A stretch of DNA of 62,229 nucleotides from Myxococcota bacterium (GCA_036230545.1 JAZAIZ010000212.1:1-62229); one strand, 5' to 3'; positions 9,235 to 19,772 are shown, counted from the first letter of the stretch. Program-made: numbers and translations. Notes: a model not told the origin generated them from the sequence alone.

Positions 9235-11877
9235 ATGACGACAGCCACACCCGAAGCGATTTTTCTCAAGGATTACACTGAGCCGGACTTCTGGATTGAC
9301 ACGGTAGATCTCCAGTTTGAGCTGGGGGAAGACTTCACCACCATTGAGTCCACCCTGAGCCTCCGCCGCAACCCCAATCGCCCAGGTGGAGCTCCTCTGG
9401 TGCTCAACGGCCAGGACATCACCCTGCAGTCCATCTCCCTCAACGGCGAGACGCTCTCCGAAACGCAATACCAGGTGGACGAGACCACCCTGACCATTGC
9501 GCACATGCCGAGCGAAGCCATCCTCAAGACGACCGTGCGGGCTCTCCCCCAGAAGAACACCAGCCTGGAGGGGCTCTACAAATCCGGCTCCCTCTTTTGC
9601 ACCCAATGCGAGCCCGAGGGCTTCCGAAAAATCACCTACTACCTCGACCGCCCTGACGTCATGGCGACCTTCACCACCACCATTATTGGAGATCCGGAGC
9701 AATACCCGGTGATGCTCTCCAACGGCAACCCTGTCAAAACGGGGATGACACCAGACGACAAGCGCTGGATTCGCTGGGAAGACCCGCACAAAAAGCCAGC
9801 CTACCTCTTCGCCCTGGTGGCCGGCCCCCTGAAGGCCATCGAAGACACCTTCACCACAGCCTCCGGCAAAAACGTCAAGCTGGAGATCTTCGTCGAACCT
9901 GAAAACATCGACAAGTGCGACCACGCCATGGAGTCCCTCAAGCAATCCATGAAGTGGGACGAGGAGGTCTTTGGGCTTGAATACGACCTCGACATCTACA
10001 TGATTGTGGCGGTCAACGACTTCAACATGGGGGCCATGGAAAATAAGGGCCTCAACGTCTTCAACTCCAAATACGTCCTCGCTCGCCCCGACACCGCCAC
10101 CGACAACGACTTCGCAGGCATCCAGGGGGTCATTGGACACGAGTATTTTCACAACTGGACCGGCAACCGCGTCACCTGCCGCGACTGGTTTCAACTGAGC
10201 CTCAAAGAAGGCCTCACCGTCTTTCGAGATCAGGAATTCTCATCGGACCTCAACTCCCGAGCGGTGGTCAGGATTCAGGACGTCAACCTCCTTCGAACCT
10301 ACCAGTTCCCCGAAGACGGGGGGCCCATGAGCCACCCCATTCGTCCCGCGTCCTATATTGAGATCAACAACTTCTACACCCGCACCATCTACGAGAAGGG
10401 CGCAGAGGTCATCCGGATGATCCACACCCTGCTGGGCAAGGAGAAATTCCGCAAGGGCATCGACCTCTACTTTGAGCGCCATGACGGGCAAGCAGTCACC
10501 ACCGATGACTTCGTCCTCGCTATGGAGGACGCCTCCGGGGTGGACCTCACCCTCTTCCGCCGCTGGTATCACCAAGCGGGCACCCCCACCCTCAAGGTCG
10601 GCTTCATCCACGACGCCGAGGCACAAACCTGCACCCTCAAAACCTGGCAGTCCTGCCCGGCCACCCCGGGTCAGGACACCAAAGAGCCCTTTCATATTCC
10701 CCTCAAGGTGGCCCTCTTTTCCCAACAAGGAGAGCAGCTGGGGCTTCGCACCGAAGATAATGGTGAAGCCCTCCCCGAGCGGGTGCTCAACGTCACCGGC
10801 CCCGAGGAAGAGTTTGTGTTTTACGGCGTCAAAGAGCGCCCCATCCCCTCGCTCCTGCGAGGCTTCTCCGCTCCAGTGAACCTCGAGTTTCCCTACTCGG
10901 ACGAAGATCTGGCCACCCTGCTCTCCCACGACAACGATCCCTTCGCGCGCTGGGAGGCCGCACAGTTGCTCTACACCCGCGCGGTGTTCAAGCTGATCGA
11001 GTCCCGCAACGGGGGACAACCCATGAGCCTGAGCCCCACCCTCATCGAGGCGGTGAGAAACGTGCTCAACGCCAGCGAGGGCGAAAAGGCGCTCCTGGCC
11101 CAGGCCCTCAACCTCCCCAGCGAGGTGACCCTGGCCCAACAGATGGAGACCGTCGACGTTGACGGCATCCACGCCGCCCGAAAGTTCCTGCAACAGGAGC
11201 TCGGGAAAACCCTGCGAGAAGATTTTCAGCGTCTCTATGACGCCCACGAGGAAACCGGCCCCTACACCTTTGACGCTCCGAGCTATGGCCGGCGGCTGCT
11301 CAAAAACACCGCCCTCTCCTACCTCGCGGCCATCGATGACTCCCACGCCCACGCCCTCTGCTTCAAACAATTTGAGCAGGGCCACAATATGACGGACGTC
11401 ACCGCAGCCCTGAGCGCTCTGAGTCATACCGAGAGTGAGGAGCGACGCAGTGCCTTCGAAGGGTTTTACACCCACTGGAAGCACGACGTCCTGGTGTTGG
11501 ATAAGTGGCTCACGCTGCAGGCGCTCTCATCCCGTCCCTCCACCCTGGAGGACGTCAAAGCCCTCACCGGGCATGAGGCCTTCACAATCAAAAACCCCAA
11601 TCGGGTACGTTCGCTGCTGAACGCTTTTGTGCAGGAGAACCCCGTCCATTTCCACGCCAGCTCCGGCGCGGGCTATGAGTTTATCGCGGATCGAGTGCTG
11701 GAATTAAACACCCTCAACCCGCAGGTGGCGGCGAGGTTACTCAGAACCGCCTTCACCCAATGGCGCCGTTACGATACGTCGCGGCAAGAGCTCATGCGAG
11801 CCCAGCTACAAAGGATCGTCGACGCCAAAGACCTCTCCCCGGACGTCTTTGAGATCGCCTCCAAGAGCCTGAATTAA
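9235..11877 (+). CDS. pepN: Aminopeptidase N (M1 zinc metallopeptidase)
   Basis: GAMENKGLN exopeptidase motif and HEYFHNWTGNRVTCRDWFQLSLKEG (HExxH-18-E). About 880 aa. GGAGG lies 8 nt upstream of ATG 9235. Confidence 0.9.
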   Translation: MTTATPEAIFLKDYTEPDFWIDTVDLQFELGEDFTTIESTLSLRRNPNRPGGAPLVLNGQDITLQSISLNGETLSETQYQVDETTLTIAHMPSEAILKTTVRALPQKNTSLEGLYKSGSLFCTQCEPEGFRKITYYLDRPDVMATFTTTIIGDPEQYPVMLSNGNPVKTGMTPDDKRWIRWEDPHKKPAYLFALVAGPLKAIEDTFTTASGKNVKLEIFVEPENIDKCDHAMESLKQSMKWDEEVFGLEYDLDIYMIVAVNDFNMGAMENKGLNVFNSKYVLARPDTATDNDFAGIQGVIGHEYFHNWTGNRVTCRDWFQLSLKEGLTVFRDQEFSSDLNSRAVVRIQDVNLLRTYQFPEDGGPMSHPIRPASYIEINNFYTRTIYEKGAEVIRMIHTLLGKEKFRKGIDLYFERHDGQAVTTDDFVLAMEDASGVDLTLFRRWYHQAGTPTLKVGFIHDAEAQTCTLKTWQSCPATPGQDTKEPFHIPLKVALFSQQGEQLGLRTEDNGEALPERVLNVTGPEEEFVFYGVKERPIPSLLRGFSAPVNLEFPYSDEDLATLLSHDNDPFARWEAAQLLYTRAVFKLIESRNGGQPMSLSPTLIEAVRNVLNASEGEKALLAQALNLPSEVTLAQQMETVDVDGIHAARKFLQQELGKTLREDFQRLYDAHEETGPYTFDAPSYGRRLLKNTALSYLAAIDDSHAHALCFKQFEQGHNMTDVTAALSALSHTESEERRSAFEGFYTHWKHDVLVLDKWLTLQALSSRPSTLEDVKALTGHEAFTIKNPNRVRSLLNAFVQENPVHFHASSGAGYEFIADRVLELNTLNPQVAARLLRTAFTQWRRYDTSRQELMRAQLQRIVDAKDLSPDVFEIASKSLN

Positions 11878-11937
11878 GCGCCTCCAAAAGGCGGGGCCGC
11901 CTCCTCTTCGGGAGCGGCCTTCTCCTCCCCCCTTGAG

Positions 11938-13788
11938 CTAGAGCGCTTTATAACTTTCCAGGAGTTCCTGCGCTCGCAGCCTGTTTCCGCGATCCAGCTC
12001 CGCTCTAGCCCACAGCCCCAGCACTGCGTGAGCCGGAGAGTCCTCCGTCTCGGAGACATCCCCCCTTTCCACCAGGGTCCAGGCGCGCTCCAGCGCCTCC
12101 GCCGCGGCGTTTGGATCCTTCAACGCACAATAGACCCGACCCGCCAGATAAGCGTCCATCCACCCGGCCCCAAGAGAGGCCAACCCCTCCTCCGCAAGCG
12201 TCCGCGCCGCCCCCAACGCTCCCTCCTCCAGGTGCAGGTGGATCAAACGATAGGCCGCCACCCGGTAATCGCTGTTCATCGCGAGAGCCCGCTCATAATG
12301 GTGCCGGGCGGCCTCTCCCTCTCCCTGCTTCTCAAGAACTCTCCCGAGGTGCTCATGCACAGGGGCATAGGCCGGATTGGCGTCGCTGAAGCGCTCGTAG
12401 GCCTCCCTGGCCCGCTCCAGGAGCCCCGCATCTTCGAGGGTCTCACCAAGCAAAAGGAGCGCCTTGAGGGAGCAGGGCTCGTGGTCGAGGGCCTCCTCAA
12501 GGGCCTTGATCCCCTCACCCCGGTCCGGATGAAGCGCCCCTTTATAGAGAAGAGACAGGGGCGACACCCCCATGGCCTTTACCGCTTCATCCAGATCTTC
12601 AAGGGCCTGCCCAGGGTCGTCCTGGCTCAGCAGGGCGTTATAGAGGTGGCCCTCTCCCTCGCTGTACAAAAGCTCGGTGTAGCGCGAGTCCGGATGGTCC
12701 TGACGCCATCGGTGCCCCTGCACCCCCCTCTCTAAACGCTCCCAACGCTCTCCCCGGCTGGCGAGGTGCGCGGCGCCTCGCTCGCGAAGCAGCCTCTCAT
12801 AAAAATCGAGCCGTCGCTGGATGTGCTGGCGCTCAAGCCGCTCCCCGCAGACATAATCCCGGGCGTTCTCGGCGATCTCAAGACAGGAGGGGATGTCCTC
12901 AAGCAACCAGCTTAAACACGCCTGGAGCTCCTCCGGCCCGCCAAAGAGGACGCCATTTTCACCGGGGGTGATCGCATAACGATAGGGCGCGTCGTCACTA
13001 CACACCGGGGTGACCCGTCGGCTGGCATACTCCAGGTACTTAACGTCCGAGCGACATCGGTTAAACTCCGTGGACAGAAGCGGCGCGAGGCCGATATGCA
13101 AACCTGAGACAAACTCAAGGTACTTCTCCAGGCCCGCGGGGGCGCGAAATTGAAAACGCTCCGGAGGCGCCCACGCGAACAAGGGGCGCACCGCCTTATC
13201 GGACATAATCGAAAGTTGAACCGAGGGGTAGGCGTGCATCATCCACTGCAGAGTGGGGAGCATCCACTCCACATCCTCAAGGTGACCGCGGGAGCCCCCC
13301 CAACCCACGGTGAGCGCCCCGGGCTTCTCAATCTCCTTTGGGGCAGGCTCCCAGAGATTATTCGGAAACACCACCGAGTGAGCGTTGAGGTGGCCAAAGG
13401 TTTTCCGCAACTCCGGCATACTGAACTGTACCCCGTCGCACTCCCGGGCCAGCTGCAATATCAGGGAGCGATTGGCGGGCTTCCCATAAAACACGCTCGT
13501 GGGATTCCACGGGTGAACGCTGAGAAAGTGGTCGTTGATCTCATACACAGACACCAGCCCGCGAGCGCGCCGCCTCTCAATCAGGGGCAGGTGCTCCAGA
13601 TCTGCGGCGTCACAAAACACCAGCACATCACACACCTCCATCAGCTCACTCATGCAACTCGAGAGCCCCGTGCCACTGACCACCTCCACCCCCGGGTGCA
13701 TGCTCAAAGCGCGCCCCGGCTGAACGGTCCTGTAGATATGGTCTCCCTGCGCCCCAAAATGCGGTGGCTCCACCTGTACAATTCTCAT
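11938..13788 (-). CDS. Glycosyltransferase-like (GT-B-like) N-terminal domain fused to C-terminal TPR repeats
   Basis: Start MRIVQVEPP at 13788, preceded by GGGGGAGAG. The C-terminal ~250 aa contain repeated TPR-like A/Y/L patterns (EAYERFSDANPAYAPVHEHLGRVLEKQGE, ARHHYERALAMNSDY). The GT assignment rests only on general resemblance. Confidence 0.5.
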   Translation of the reverse strand: MRIVQVEPPHFGAQGDHIYRTVQPGRALSMHPGVEVVSGTGLSSCMSELMEVCDVLVFCDAADLEHLPLIERRRARGLVSVYEINDHFLSVHPWNPTSVFYGKPANRSLILQLARECDGVQFSMPELRKTFGHLNAHSVVFPNNLWEPAPKEIEKPGALTVGWGGSRGHLEDVEWMLPTLQWMMHAYPSVQLSIMSDKAVRPLFAWAPPERFQFRAPAGLEKYLEFVSGLHIGLAPLLSTEFNRCRSDVKYLEYASRRVTPVCSDDAPYRYAITPGENGVLFGGPEELQACLSWLLEDIPSCLEIAENARDYVCGERLERQHIQRRLDFYERLLRERGAAHLASRGERWERLERGVQGHRWRQDHPDSRYTELLYSEGEGHLYNALLSQDDPGQALEDLDEAVKAMGVSPLSLLYKGALHPDRGEGIKALEEALDHEPCSLKALLLLGETLEDAGLLERAREAYERFSDANPAYAPVHEHLGRVLEKQGEGEAARHHYERALAMNSDYRVAAYRLIHLHLEEGALGAARTLAEEGLASLGAGWMDAYLAGRVYCALKDPNAAAEALERAWTLVERGDVSETEDSPAHAVLGLWARAELDRGNRLRAQELLESYKAL

Positions 13789-13807
13789 CTGCTCTCCCCC
13801 TGAAACG

Positions 13808-14257
13808 TTACCCGAGGTACGCCTCCTCAAGTCGCCCAAGCTCCTCCACTCCCGCAGCCCCCTGAGGGTCCTCCACGGGGGCGTCAAACCACTGCTCAAG
13901 CACCTCCAACACCAGCTCCGAACTCATCAAACGGTTAGACAGGGCCAGAACGTTAGCGTGGTTCCACACGCGAGCTCCCCGGGCCGTCTCCGCATCACAA
14001 CAGAGCGCGGCGCGAATCCCCGGAACCTTGTTGGCGGCCATGCTGATGCCCGTCCCGGTCCAACAGAAAAAGATGCCCTCCGCGCAGTCCCCCGAGGCCA
14101 CCGCCTCCGCCGCCTCCCGGGCCACTGCCACCCAGGGCTCTTCCGCCCCGGAGCGCAGGCTGCCAAACACCACCGGCTCATGACCCCGACGCCGAAGTTC
14201 CTCCAGCACCACCCCATGAATGTCATAAGGCTCGTCACTGCACACCGCTACTCTCAT
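13808..14257 (-). CDS. rpiB: Ribose-5-phosphate isomerase B (RpiB/LacA/LacB family)
   Basis: MRVAVCSDE, CWTGTGISMAANKVPGIRAA and ARVWNHANVLAL are typical RpiB motifs. About 150 aa. Confidence 0.85.
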   Translation of the reverse strand: MRVAVCSDEPYDIHGVVLEELRRRGHEPVVFGSLRSGAEEPWVAVAREAAEAVASGDCAEGIFFCWTGTGISMAANKVPGIRAALCCDAETARGARVWNHANVLALSNRLMSSELVLEVLEQWFDAPVEDPQGAAGVEELGRLEEAYLG

Positions 14258-14437
14258 CCTCATCTCCCGTTGCGTCCCAGCATAAAGCTCCAGAGGACCC
14301 AACGCAATCTCCCCTTGCTCTCGACACTACTCTCAGAGTGTGGTTTGAAAGTAAGAGGGGGTGCATCTCCCCTCCAGGCCAGCCGGGGGCAACTCTTTGC
14401 CCGGCAGAGCGACACAAGGGGCAAAAAGGTTAGCACC

Positions 14438-17368
14438 ATGACGACGGCAACAGCAGACTCTCCCTCCATCCCAACGGTCACCACTCCCCTCCGCGAAGAG
14501 TTGCTTGAGCAACTCAACGCCCTGCGACAAGATGTCCAATCCAACCCCCTGGCCAACCCCATCGAGCTGCTGGGACTTGAGATCTCCAATCGACTGGGAC
14601 AGGGGAAGCTCGACACCCCTGCGATTAAAGAGCTCGTACAAAAGCTCCTGGCCAGAACCTTCTTCAAACGCGCCGAGCGCCTTAACCGTTATATTGGCCA
14701 AACCAACATCGCCGCCAATCAATCCAGCATGCAGAGCATCCTTCACGCCCTCGCCCACAAGGACGGGGAGCTGCGCTCTTTTGAGGACTTTCAGCAAACC
14801 ATGGAGCGGGAGTTCGCGGGAATCGTCATCACCGCCCACCCCACCTTTGGCATCAACGCGAAGTTGAATCACCACCTCGCGGAGGTCGCCAGCGGACACA
14901 GCCCCGAGGGCCAGCCCCTCAGCGCCGAGGACCTCAAGGCCCTGGAGGAAACCGTTTCCTCCATGCCTCATCACCCGCAAAACGATTTGACCCTCCTGGC
15001 CGAGCAGGCCCTCTCCCTGGACGCGATCCGCAACATTCAATACGCCCTCCGACTGGTGTACACCGAAGCCGCCAGGCTCGCCCAAAGCCTCTACCCCGAC
15101 CGATGGACCGAGCTGACCCCGCGCCTGATGACCGCCGCCAGCTGGGTCGGCTACGATCTCGATGGCCGCTCCGACATCGGTTGGAACGACACGCTCCTCA
15201 CTCGCGTCAAGGTGGCCCTCCTGCAAACCGAACACTACAGGGACGCCGTCGGGGAGTTGGCGGACGCCCTCGACGAAGAGGACGCCCTGCGCACTTCGCT
15301 CAAAACCCTCGAAGCGGCCCTCGACGCCACTGCCACCGCCAACCACCAATCCCTTGAGCTGCTCCCCAACGCCAACAATAGTCCGGAGGAGGCGGCCCTG
15401 CTGGGACGGCAGCTCGCGGCCGCCACCAACGAACACCTCACCGACACCGCGCAGCTCCTTGAGGTGCTCTCGGAGGTCATGGCCTCCACCGACAACGAGG
15501 ACCTCAAGCGCCAGGCCTTTATCCTCAAGAGTGAGGTCGCCAATTATGGCTTCGCCATGGCCCACACTCACGTTCGCCTGAACTCGGCCCAGCTGCATAA
15601 CGCCATCCGTCATCAAATTGGCATCATGGGAGATCCGGACGCGCCAGGGAACAGACGCCTCTTTATTAAAGAACTCACCCGCCTTCTCGACGAAGTGGAA
15701 CCTGTCACCATCAACTTCGGTTCCATTCTCACCGAAGGCACCAGCGCCAAACGCACCTTTATGGTGATGGCTCAAATTCTAAAACACGTCGACGCCCAAA
15801 CCCCCATTCGTTTTCTGATCGCAGAGTGCGACACGCCCTTCACCATCCTGACCGCGCTTTATTTTGCCCGACTCTTTGGCATCGAGGACAGAATCGACAT
15901 CTCCCCTCTCTTTGAGACCAGCACGGCCCTTGAGCGCGGCGAGACCATTATCGAGAAGCTCCTGGAGAACCCCCACTACGTGGATTATATCCGCACTCGG
16001 GGCCGAATCTGCATTCAAACCGGCTTCTCAGATGCGGGACGCTACCTCGGTCAAATCGCCGCGGGCATGGCCATTGAGCGACTCCGCATGAAGCTGGCAC
16101 GGCTCATCGGCCAGCACAGCCTCGACAACATCGAGCTTGTGATCTTCGATACGCACGGCGAATCCATTGGACGCGGCGCTCACCCGGTTAGCTTTAAGGC
16201 GCGCCTGGACTACGTGTCCCCTCCGGCGAGCCTCCTGCTCTTCGCTGAGAACAACATCCACTTCAAACAGGAGTTAAGTTTTCAGGGGGGAGACGGCTAC
16301 GTCTATTTTCTCACCCGGGAGTTGGCGTTCGCGACGGTCTGCCGAATCCTCGAGAAGACCCTGGCCCCGCCAACAACTGCCGAGACCGATTCATTTTACA
16401 CCGACACAGACTACTCCCTGGATTTCTTCATTACGATTAAAGAGTTTAATGAAAGAACCATGGACCTCCCCAACTACGCTACACTCCTGAGCGCCTTTGG
16501 ACCCAACATGCTCTACCCCACAGGGTCGCGCATGGTGCTGCGTCAACACGAGGGAGTGGCTACCACCGTCATCGAGCATCCCTCCCAGATGCGTGCCATT
16601 CCCCACAACGCGATCCTCCAACAGCTGGGGTTTTGGTCCAACTCCGTGGGTGGCCTGGGTCACGCCATCGCCAAAGACGACGAGCGCTTCGTTCGGCTCT
16701 TCAACAACTCCGCCCGCTGCCGCAACTGCGTCTCCATGGCCGCCTACGCCGACCAGCTCAGCAGCCTGGATGTGATGGCCTCTTACCTCGCCCTGCTCAA
16801 CCCCGACTATTGGTTTCAAAAGCTCAAACTGGAGACCGACGAGCAGCGCAGGGAGCAGATGCGATTGGTGGGTGACCTCCTCGACCGGGGTTCACGCTAT
16901 GAAAAACTCCGTCGAATCTTTCGGCGCTTCCGCAAAGACGCCCTCGACTTAAACGCCGGCCTGAAGCTGATCCCCCCCGAACACCACGTCAATCCACATG
17001 CAGAGAGCCACCGGGAAGATCTCGATCTCCTGCACGGACTCCGCATCGCCCTCATCGCCGAGCTCTTCCTGCTGGCCATGCAGATCCCCAAATTCACCAA
17101 CCAGGCGGCGGTGACTATGGACACCGTCATCGAGCGACTCATGGCCTTGGACGTGCTACCGGCCCTTGAGGTCCTTAAGCGGGCCTTTCCCGCCGACATC
17201 GAGCCACTGGACGATGATTTGTTTGGAGAGGTCGCCAGCTACAAAGGCAGCGCCGACCAGGGATACGCCCAGGAGCACCATCAGCTCTTTGAGCCCATTG
17301 GAGAAATTTACGACTTGCTCCGGCAGATCAGCCTGGCGGTGAGCCACTTAATCGGCGCTGTAGGCTAG
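14438..17368 (+). CDS. ppc: Phosphoenolpyruvate carboxylase (divergent)
   Basis: VITAHPTF (TAHPTE-like), GFSDAGRYLG (GYSDS.KD.G-like), FDTHGESIGRGA and a C-terminal Gly. The start is placed at ATG 14438 (MTTATADSP), because the upstream 160 codons of the ORF run antisense through rpiB. Confidence 0.75.
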   Translation: MTTATADSPSIPTVTTPLREELLEQLNALRQDVQSNPLANPIELLGLEISNRLGQGKLDTPAIKELVQKLLARTFFKRAERLNRYIGQTNIAANQSSMQSILHALAHKDGELRSFEDFQQTMEREFAGIVITAHPTFGINAKLNHHLAEVASGHSPEGQPLSAEDLKALEETVSSMPHHPQNDLTLLAEQALSLDAIRNIQYALRLVYTEAARLAQSLYPDRWTELTPRLMTAASWVGYDLDGRSDIGWNDTLLTRVKVALLQTEHYRDAVGELADALDEEDALRTSLKTLEAALDATATANHQSLELLPNANNSPEEAALLGRQLAAATNEHLTDTAQLLEVLSEVMASTDNEDLKRQAFILKSEVANYGFAMAHTHVRLNSAQLHNAIRHQIGIMGDPDAPGNRRLFIKELTRLLDEVEPVTINFGSILTEGTSAKRTFMVMAQILKHVDAQTPIRFLIAECDTPFTILTALYFARLFGIEDRIDISPLFETSTALERGETIIEKLLENPHYVDYIRTRGRICIQTGFSDAGRYLGQIAAGMAIERLRMKLARLIGQHSLDNIELVIFDTHGESIGRGAHPVSFKARLDYVSPPASLLLFAENNIHFKQELSFQGGDGYVYFLTRELAFATVCRILEKTLAPPTTAETDSFYTDTDYSLDFFITIKEFNERTMDLPNYATLLSAFGPNMLYPTGSRMVLRQHEGVATTVIEHPSQMRAIPHNAILQQLGFWSNSVGGLGHAIAKDDERFVRLFNNSARCRNCVSMAAYADQLSSLDVMASYLALLNPDYWFQKLKLETDEQRREQMRLVGDLLDRGSRYEKLRRIFRRFRKDALDLNAGLKLIPPEHHVNPHAESHREDLDLLHGLRIALIAELFLLAMQIPKFTNQAAVTMDTVIERLMALDVLPALEVLKRAFPADIEPLDDDLFGEVASYKGSADQGYAQEHHQLFEPIGEIYDLLRQISLAVSHLIGAVG

Positions 17369-17376
17369 CGAAACGC

Positions 17377-17652
17377 TTATTCGGTGGGGGCCACAAACTC
17401 CGGTGGCTTCTCGAGTTCATCCTCTCCAAAAAAGAACTTCTCCATCTGCTCAAGCAGAATCTTCTCAGCGCGTTCCTCAGAGGGATTCAGGCGGTATTCG
17501 TTGATCACCATGGTGGAGTGCTTAAGCCACAGCTTCCACGCCTCCTCGGACACTTCATTATAAACCCGCTCCCCCATGGACCCTTTCATGGGCGCATATT
17601 CCAAGCCAGGGAGCTTCTTCTTCAGTTTTGCACATTCTACCAGTCGCGTCAT
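17377..17652 (-). CDS. yggX: Fe(2+)-trafficking / oxidative-damage protection protein YggX
   Basis: 91 aa. MTRLVECAKLKKKLPGLEYAPMKGSMGERVYNEVSEEAWKLWLKHSTMVINEYRLNP is collinear with YggX. Confidence 0.85.
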   Translation of the reverse strand: MTRLVECAKLKKKLPGLEYAPMKGSMGERVYNEVSEEAWKLWLKHSTMVINEYRLNPSEERAEKILLEQMEKFFFGEDELEKPPEFVAPTE

Positions 17653-17752
17653 AACCGTCTCCTTCTGAGGCCCCGCCTCCGGGTAATGGAGCAGGGGAGC
17701 GCCTCTCCCTTAGCACAGGCTCCCCTCCTTTGACGAGAGCCTCCGTGCCCCC

Positions 17753-17989
17753 TTAGAGTTCTTTGTGGGAGCCGTCACAGAAGACGCCGTTTTTACTGTG
17801 CTTACAGACGCAAAGCGCGACCCGGCGGGTCTCCTCCACCTCAAACTCCGTGGGCGAGAACTCCCCTCCCGCGTGGGAACCGTCACAAAAGGGCTGCTTT
17901 CTCGACTCACCGCACGCACACCACCAGTAGGTGCCCGCAACCAACTCCATCACAATCGGCTTCTTCCCTGCGATCACGGGTTGTCCCAT
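17753..17989 (-). CDS. CDGSH-type iron-sulfur domain protein (two CDGSH motifs)
   Basis: CACGESRKQPFCDGSH and CVCKHSKNGVFCDGSH. ATG 17989 is preceded by AGGAGGAGGGAG. Confidence 0.85.
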   Translation of the reverse strand: MGQPVIAGKKPIVMELVAGTYWWCACGESRKQPFCDGSHAGGEFSPTEFEVEETRRVALCVCKHSKNGVFCDGSHKEL

Positions 17990-18020
17990 GGCTCCCTCCT
18001 CCTTCATCCTGGGCGCGGGC

Positions 18021-18584
18021 TTAAAGCACGATGGACACCGGCGGCGCCTCTTCCCCCTTATCAACCCGTCGAATCAACTGCAAAATCTCCCAGTTTCGGG
18101 AGTCATTGGGCTGCAACTTGCAGGCATTGGTGGCCACCCCCAGCGCGCGCTTCACCTGACTGTTGAAGAGGAGCACCAAAGCGTAGCTCGCCAACATGTC
18201 AGCGTCCTCGGTATTCAGCGCCACGGCAGCCCGCGCGTACACCTCGGCGTCATCGCGCCTCTCCAACTCAAGGGCCAGCACCGTCAGGTCCCGGTACAAA
18301 GCCGGAGAATGCTCATGACTTGCCGCCGCCCGCTGCAGCAGGGCAAAGCCCCCCGCCACATCGCCTCCAATTCGCAGCAGCTTCCCCATCCCCCACAGGC
18401 TCTCCCAGCCCTCAGGCTCCACAGCCAAAGACGCTTCAAAATGCCTCCGCGCCTCGTCAAGCCGACGCTTCGCCAACCACCCCGGCTCCACCCCGCCCTG
18501 CTCATATTTGGGCAACAATTTGTTCAGCGCGCGCCAACCGGCCTTCGCCTCACGTTCAGATGCGTCGTTTGTCCCACCACTCAT
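18021..18584 (-). CDS. TPR-like repeat protein
   Basis: 187 aa of helical repeats (ARRHFEASLAVEPEGWESLWGMGKLL, ALYRDLTVLALELERRDDAEVYARAAVALN). Sits in an operon-like arrangement between gloA and the CDGSH gene. Confidence 0.5.
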   Translation of the reverse strand: MSGGTNDASEREAKAGWRALNKLLPKYEQGGVEPGWLAKRRLDEARRHFEASLAVEPEGWESLWGMGKLLRIGGDVAGGFALLQRAAASHEHSPALYRDLTVLALELERRDDAEVYARAAVALNTEDADMLASYALVLLFNSQVKRALGVATNACKLQPNDSRNWEILQLIRRVDKGEEAPPVSIVL

Positions 18585-18612
18585 GGTCGCTCCCGTCCCC
18601 CAGGCGCCTCTC

Positions 18613-18996
18613 TCAAGCGCGCTCGATCAACTCAATTTTATACCCATCGGGGTCTTTCACAAAGGCGATCACACTCCCTCCATGCTTCATGGGACCCGGC
18701 TCCCGGCAGATCTCTCCCCCGCTCTCGCGAATCTTCTCGCAGGTTGCGTAGATGTCCTCGGCAGAGAGAGCGATGTGACCAAAGCCGTCCCCAAGTTCAT
18801 AGGAGGTCTGCCCCCAATTATGGGTCAACTCAATCACAGCGTTGTCCGCCTCGTCACCGTAGCCCACAAAGGCCAAAGTGAATTTTCCGCTGGGGTAGTC
18901 CTTGCGCCGCAAGAGACTCATCCCCAGCACCCGGGTATAAAAGTCGATCGAACGCTCCAAGTCTCCCACTCTGATCATAGTATGTAATAGCCGCAC
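18613..18996 (-). CDS. gloA: Lactoylglutathione lyase (glyoxalase I)
   Basis: [44 protein letters not shown]. Full-length match to the GloA pattern, 127 aa. Confidence 0.9.
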   Translation of the reverse strand: MRLLHTMIRVGDLERSIDFYTRVLGMSLLRRKDYPSGKFTLAFVGYGDEADNAVIELTHNWGQTSYELGDGFGHIALSAEDIYATCEKIRESGGEICREPGPMKHGGSVIAFVKDPDGYKIELIERA

Positions 18997-19064
18997 ACAC
19001 TGCTCCCTGGTTCTGGATGCTGATTAATTCAGTTCACACATAGTCCACCTCGACTTTTTTCGCT

Positions 19065-19772
19065 ATGACCTTTGCCATGCAAATCAAGGAGATCCAACTT
19101 CAAGTGGGGCCCGATCGCTACGCCGAGGCGGTTGAGTTAGCCAACCAAAGCGCCGCGGACACCGGCCAGGCCATGCCCCCCACCCACGCCCTCCTGTGGG
19201 AGCTCCCCCAGGAGATTGGCTACATCCTAAACCAGCGGGGGGTCTCTGCAGCGGAGGCCCTTGACCTTCTCTTCACCCTTTATGAGGAGATGCCCTGTTA
19301 CGGTCTCCTGGCGCTGCTTGGTGATCTCTATGATGAGATGGACGAGGAAGAGCGGGCACTGCTGTGGGCACGCTGCACCGAATTTCTCGACAGCGCCGAG
19401 GAGCGGCTGGTGCGCCCGATGGAATACTTTGTCTGGTGCGACTTCTTCGAAACCGGCCACCGGGTGGAAGAAGCCTGGCAGGCTCTGGTCCACCTGGACA
19501 CGCCCCACAACGCGCTTCACTCCCTCCTTTTGATCTCCGGCCCGGTCCCCTTTGACCTCAAGCTCCCCCTCTATGAGTGCCTGCTCCCCGATCCTGCCTG
19601 GTATCACCCCATTTTCCTGAGCCTTCTCCACAGCCAATTCGAGGAGCACGGGCAGATCGACCCCCAAGAGGCCGCCAACATTCTTCGCCGTCTTCACCTC
19701 CCCCGGGGCACCCCCGACCTGCGGAAACTCCAGCAAAGTCTCGGTATTCGTCCTGCCCTTAAAATCCTCTAA
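19065..19772 (+). CDS. Hypothetical protein (acidic, helical)
   Basis: 235-aa ORF with coding-like third-position GC bias. No motif recognised. Confidence 0.45.
   Translation: MTFAMQIKEIQLQVGPDRYAEAVELANQSAADTGQAMPPTHALLWELPQEIGYILNQRGVSAAEALDLLFTLYEEMPCYGLLALLGDLYDEMDEEERALLWARCTEFLDSAEERLVRPMEYFVWCDFFETGHRVEEAWQALVHLDTPHNALHSLLLISGPVPFDLKLPLYECLLPDPAWYHPIFLSLLHSQFEEHGQIDPQEAANILRRLHLPRGTPDLRKLQQSLGIRPALKIL

Noticed and set aside
9169-11484. Long minus-strand ORFs (9169..10194, 341 aa; 10240..11484, 414 aa) opposite pepN
   Set aside because: They are antisense shadow ORFs, typical of GC-rich DNA. The translations are Gly/Val/Glu/Leu-rich with no motifs, while the plus strand encodes a full-length, motif-complete aminopeptidase N.
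14333-15775. 480-aa minus-strand ORF opposite ppc, and the 13958-14437 N-terminal extension of the ppc ORF
   Set aside because: The antisense ORF has low-complexity composition. The 160-codon extension of ppc runs antisense through the well-supported rpiB gene and is Arg/Pro-rich. The ATG at 14438 gives a sensible PEPC N-terminus.
17931-18881. 316-aa plus-strand ORF spanning the CDGSH, TPR and gloA region
   Set aside because: It crosses three well-supported minus-strand genes and their spacers. The translation is Arg/Pro/Ser/His-rich with no motif.
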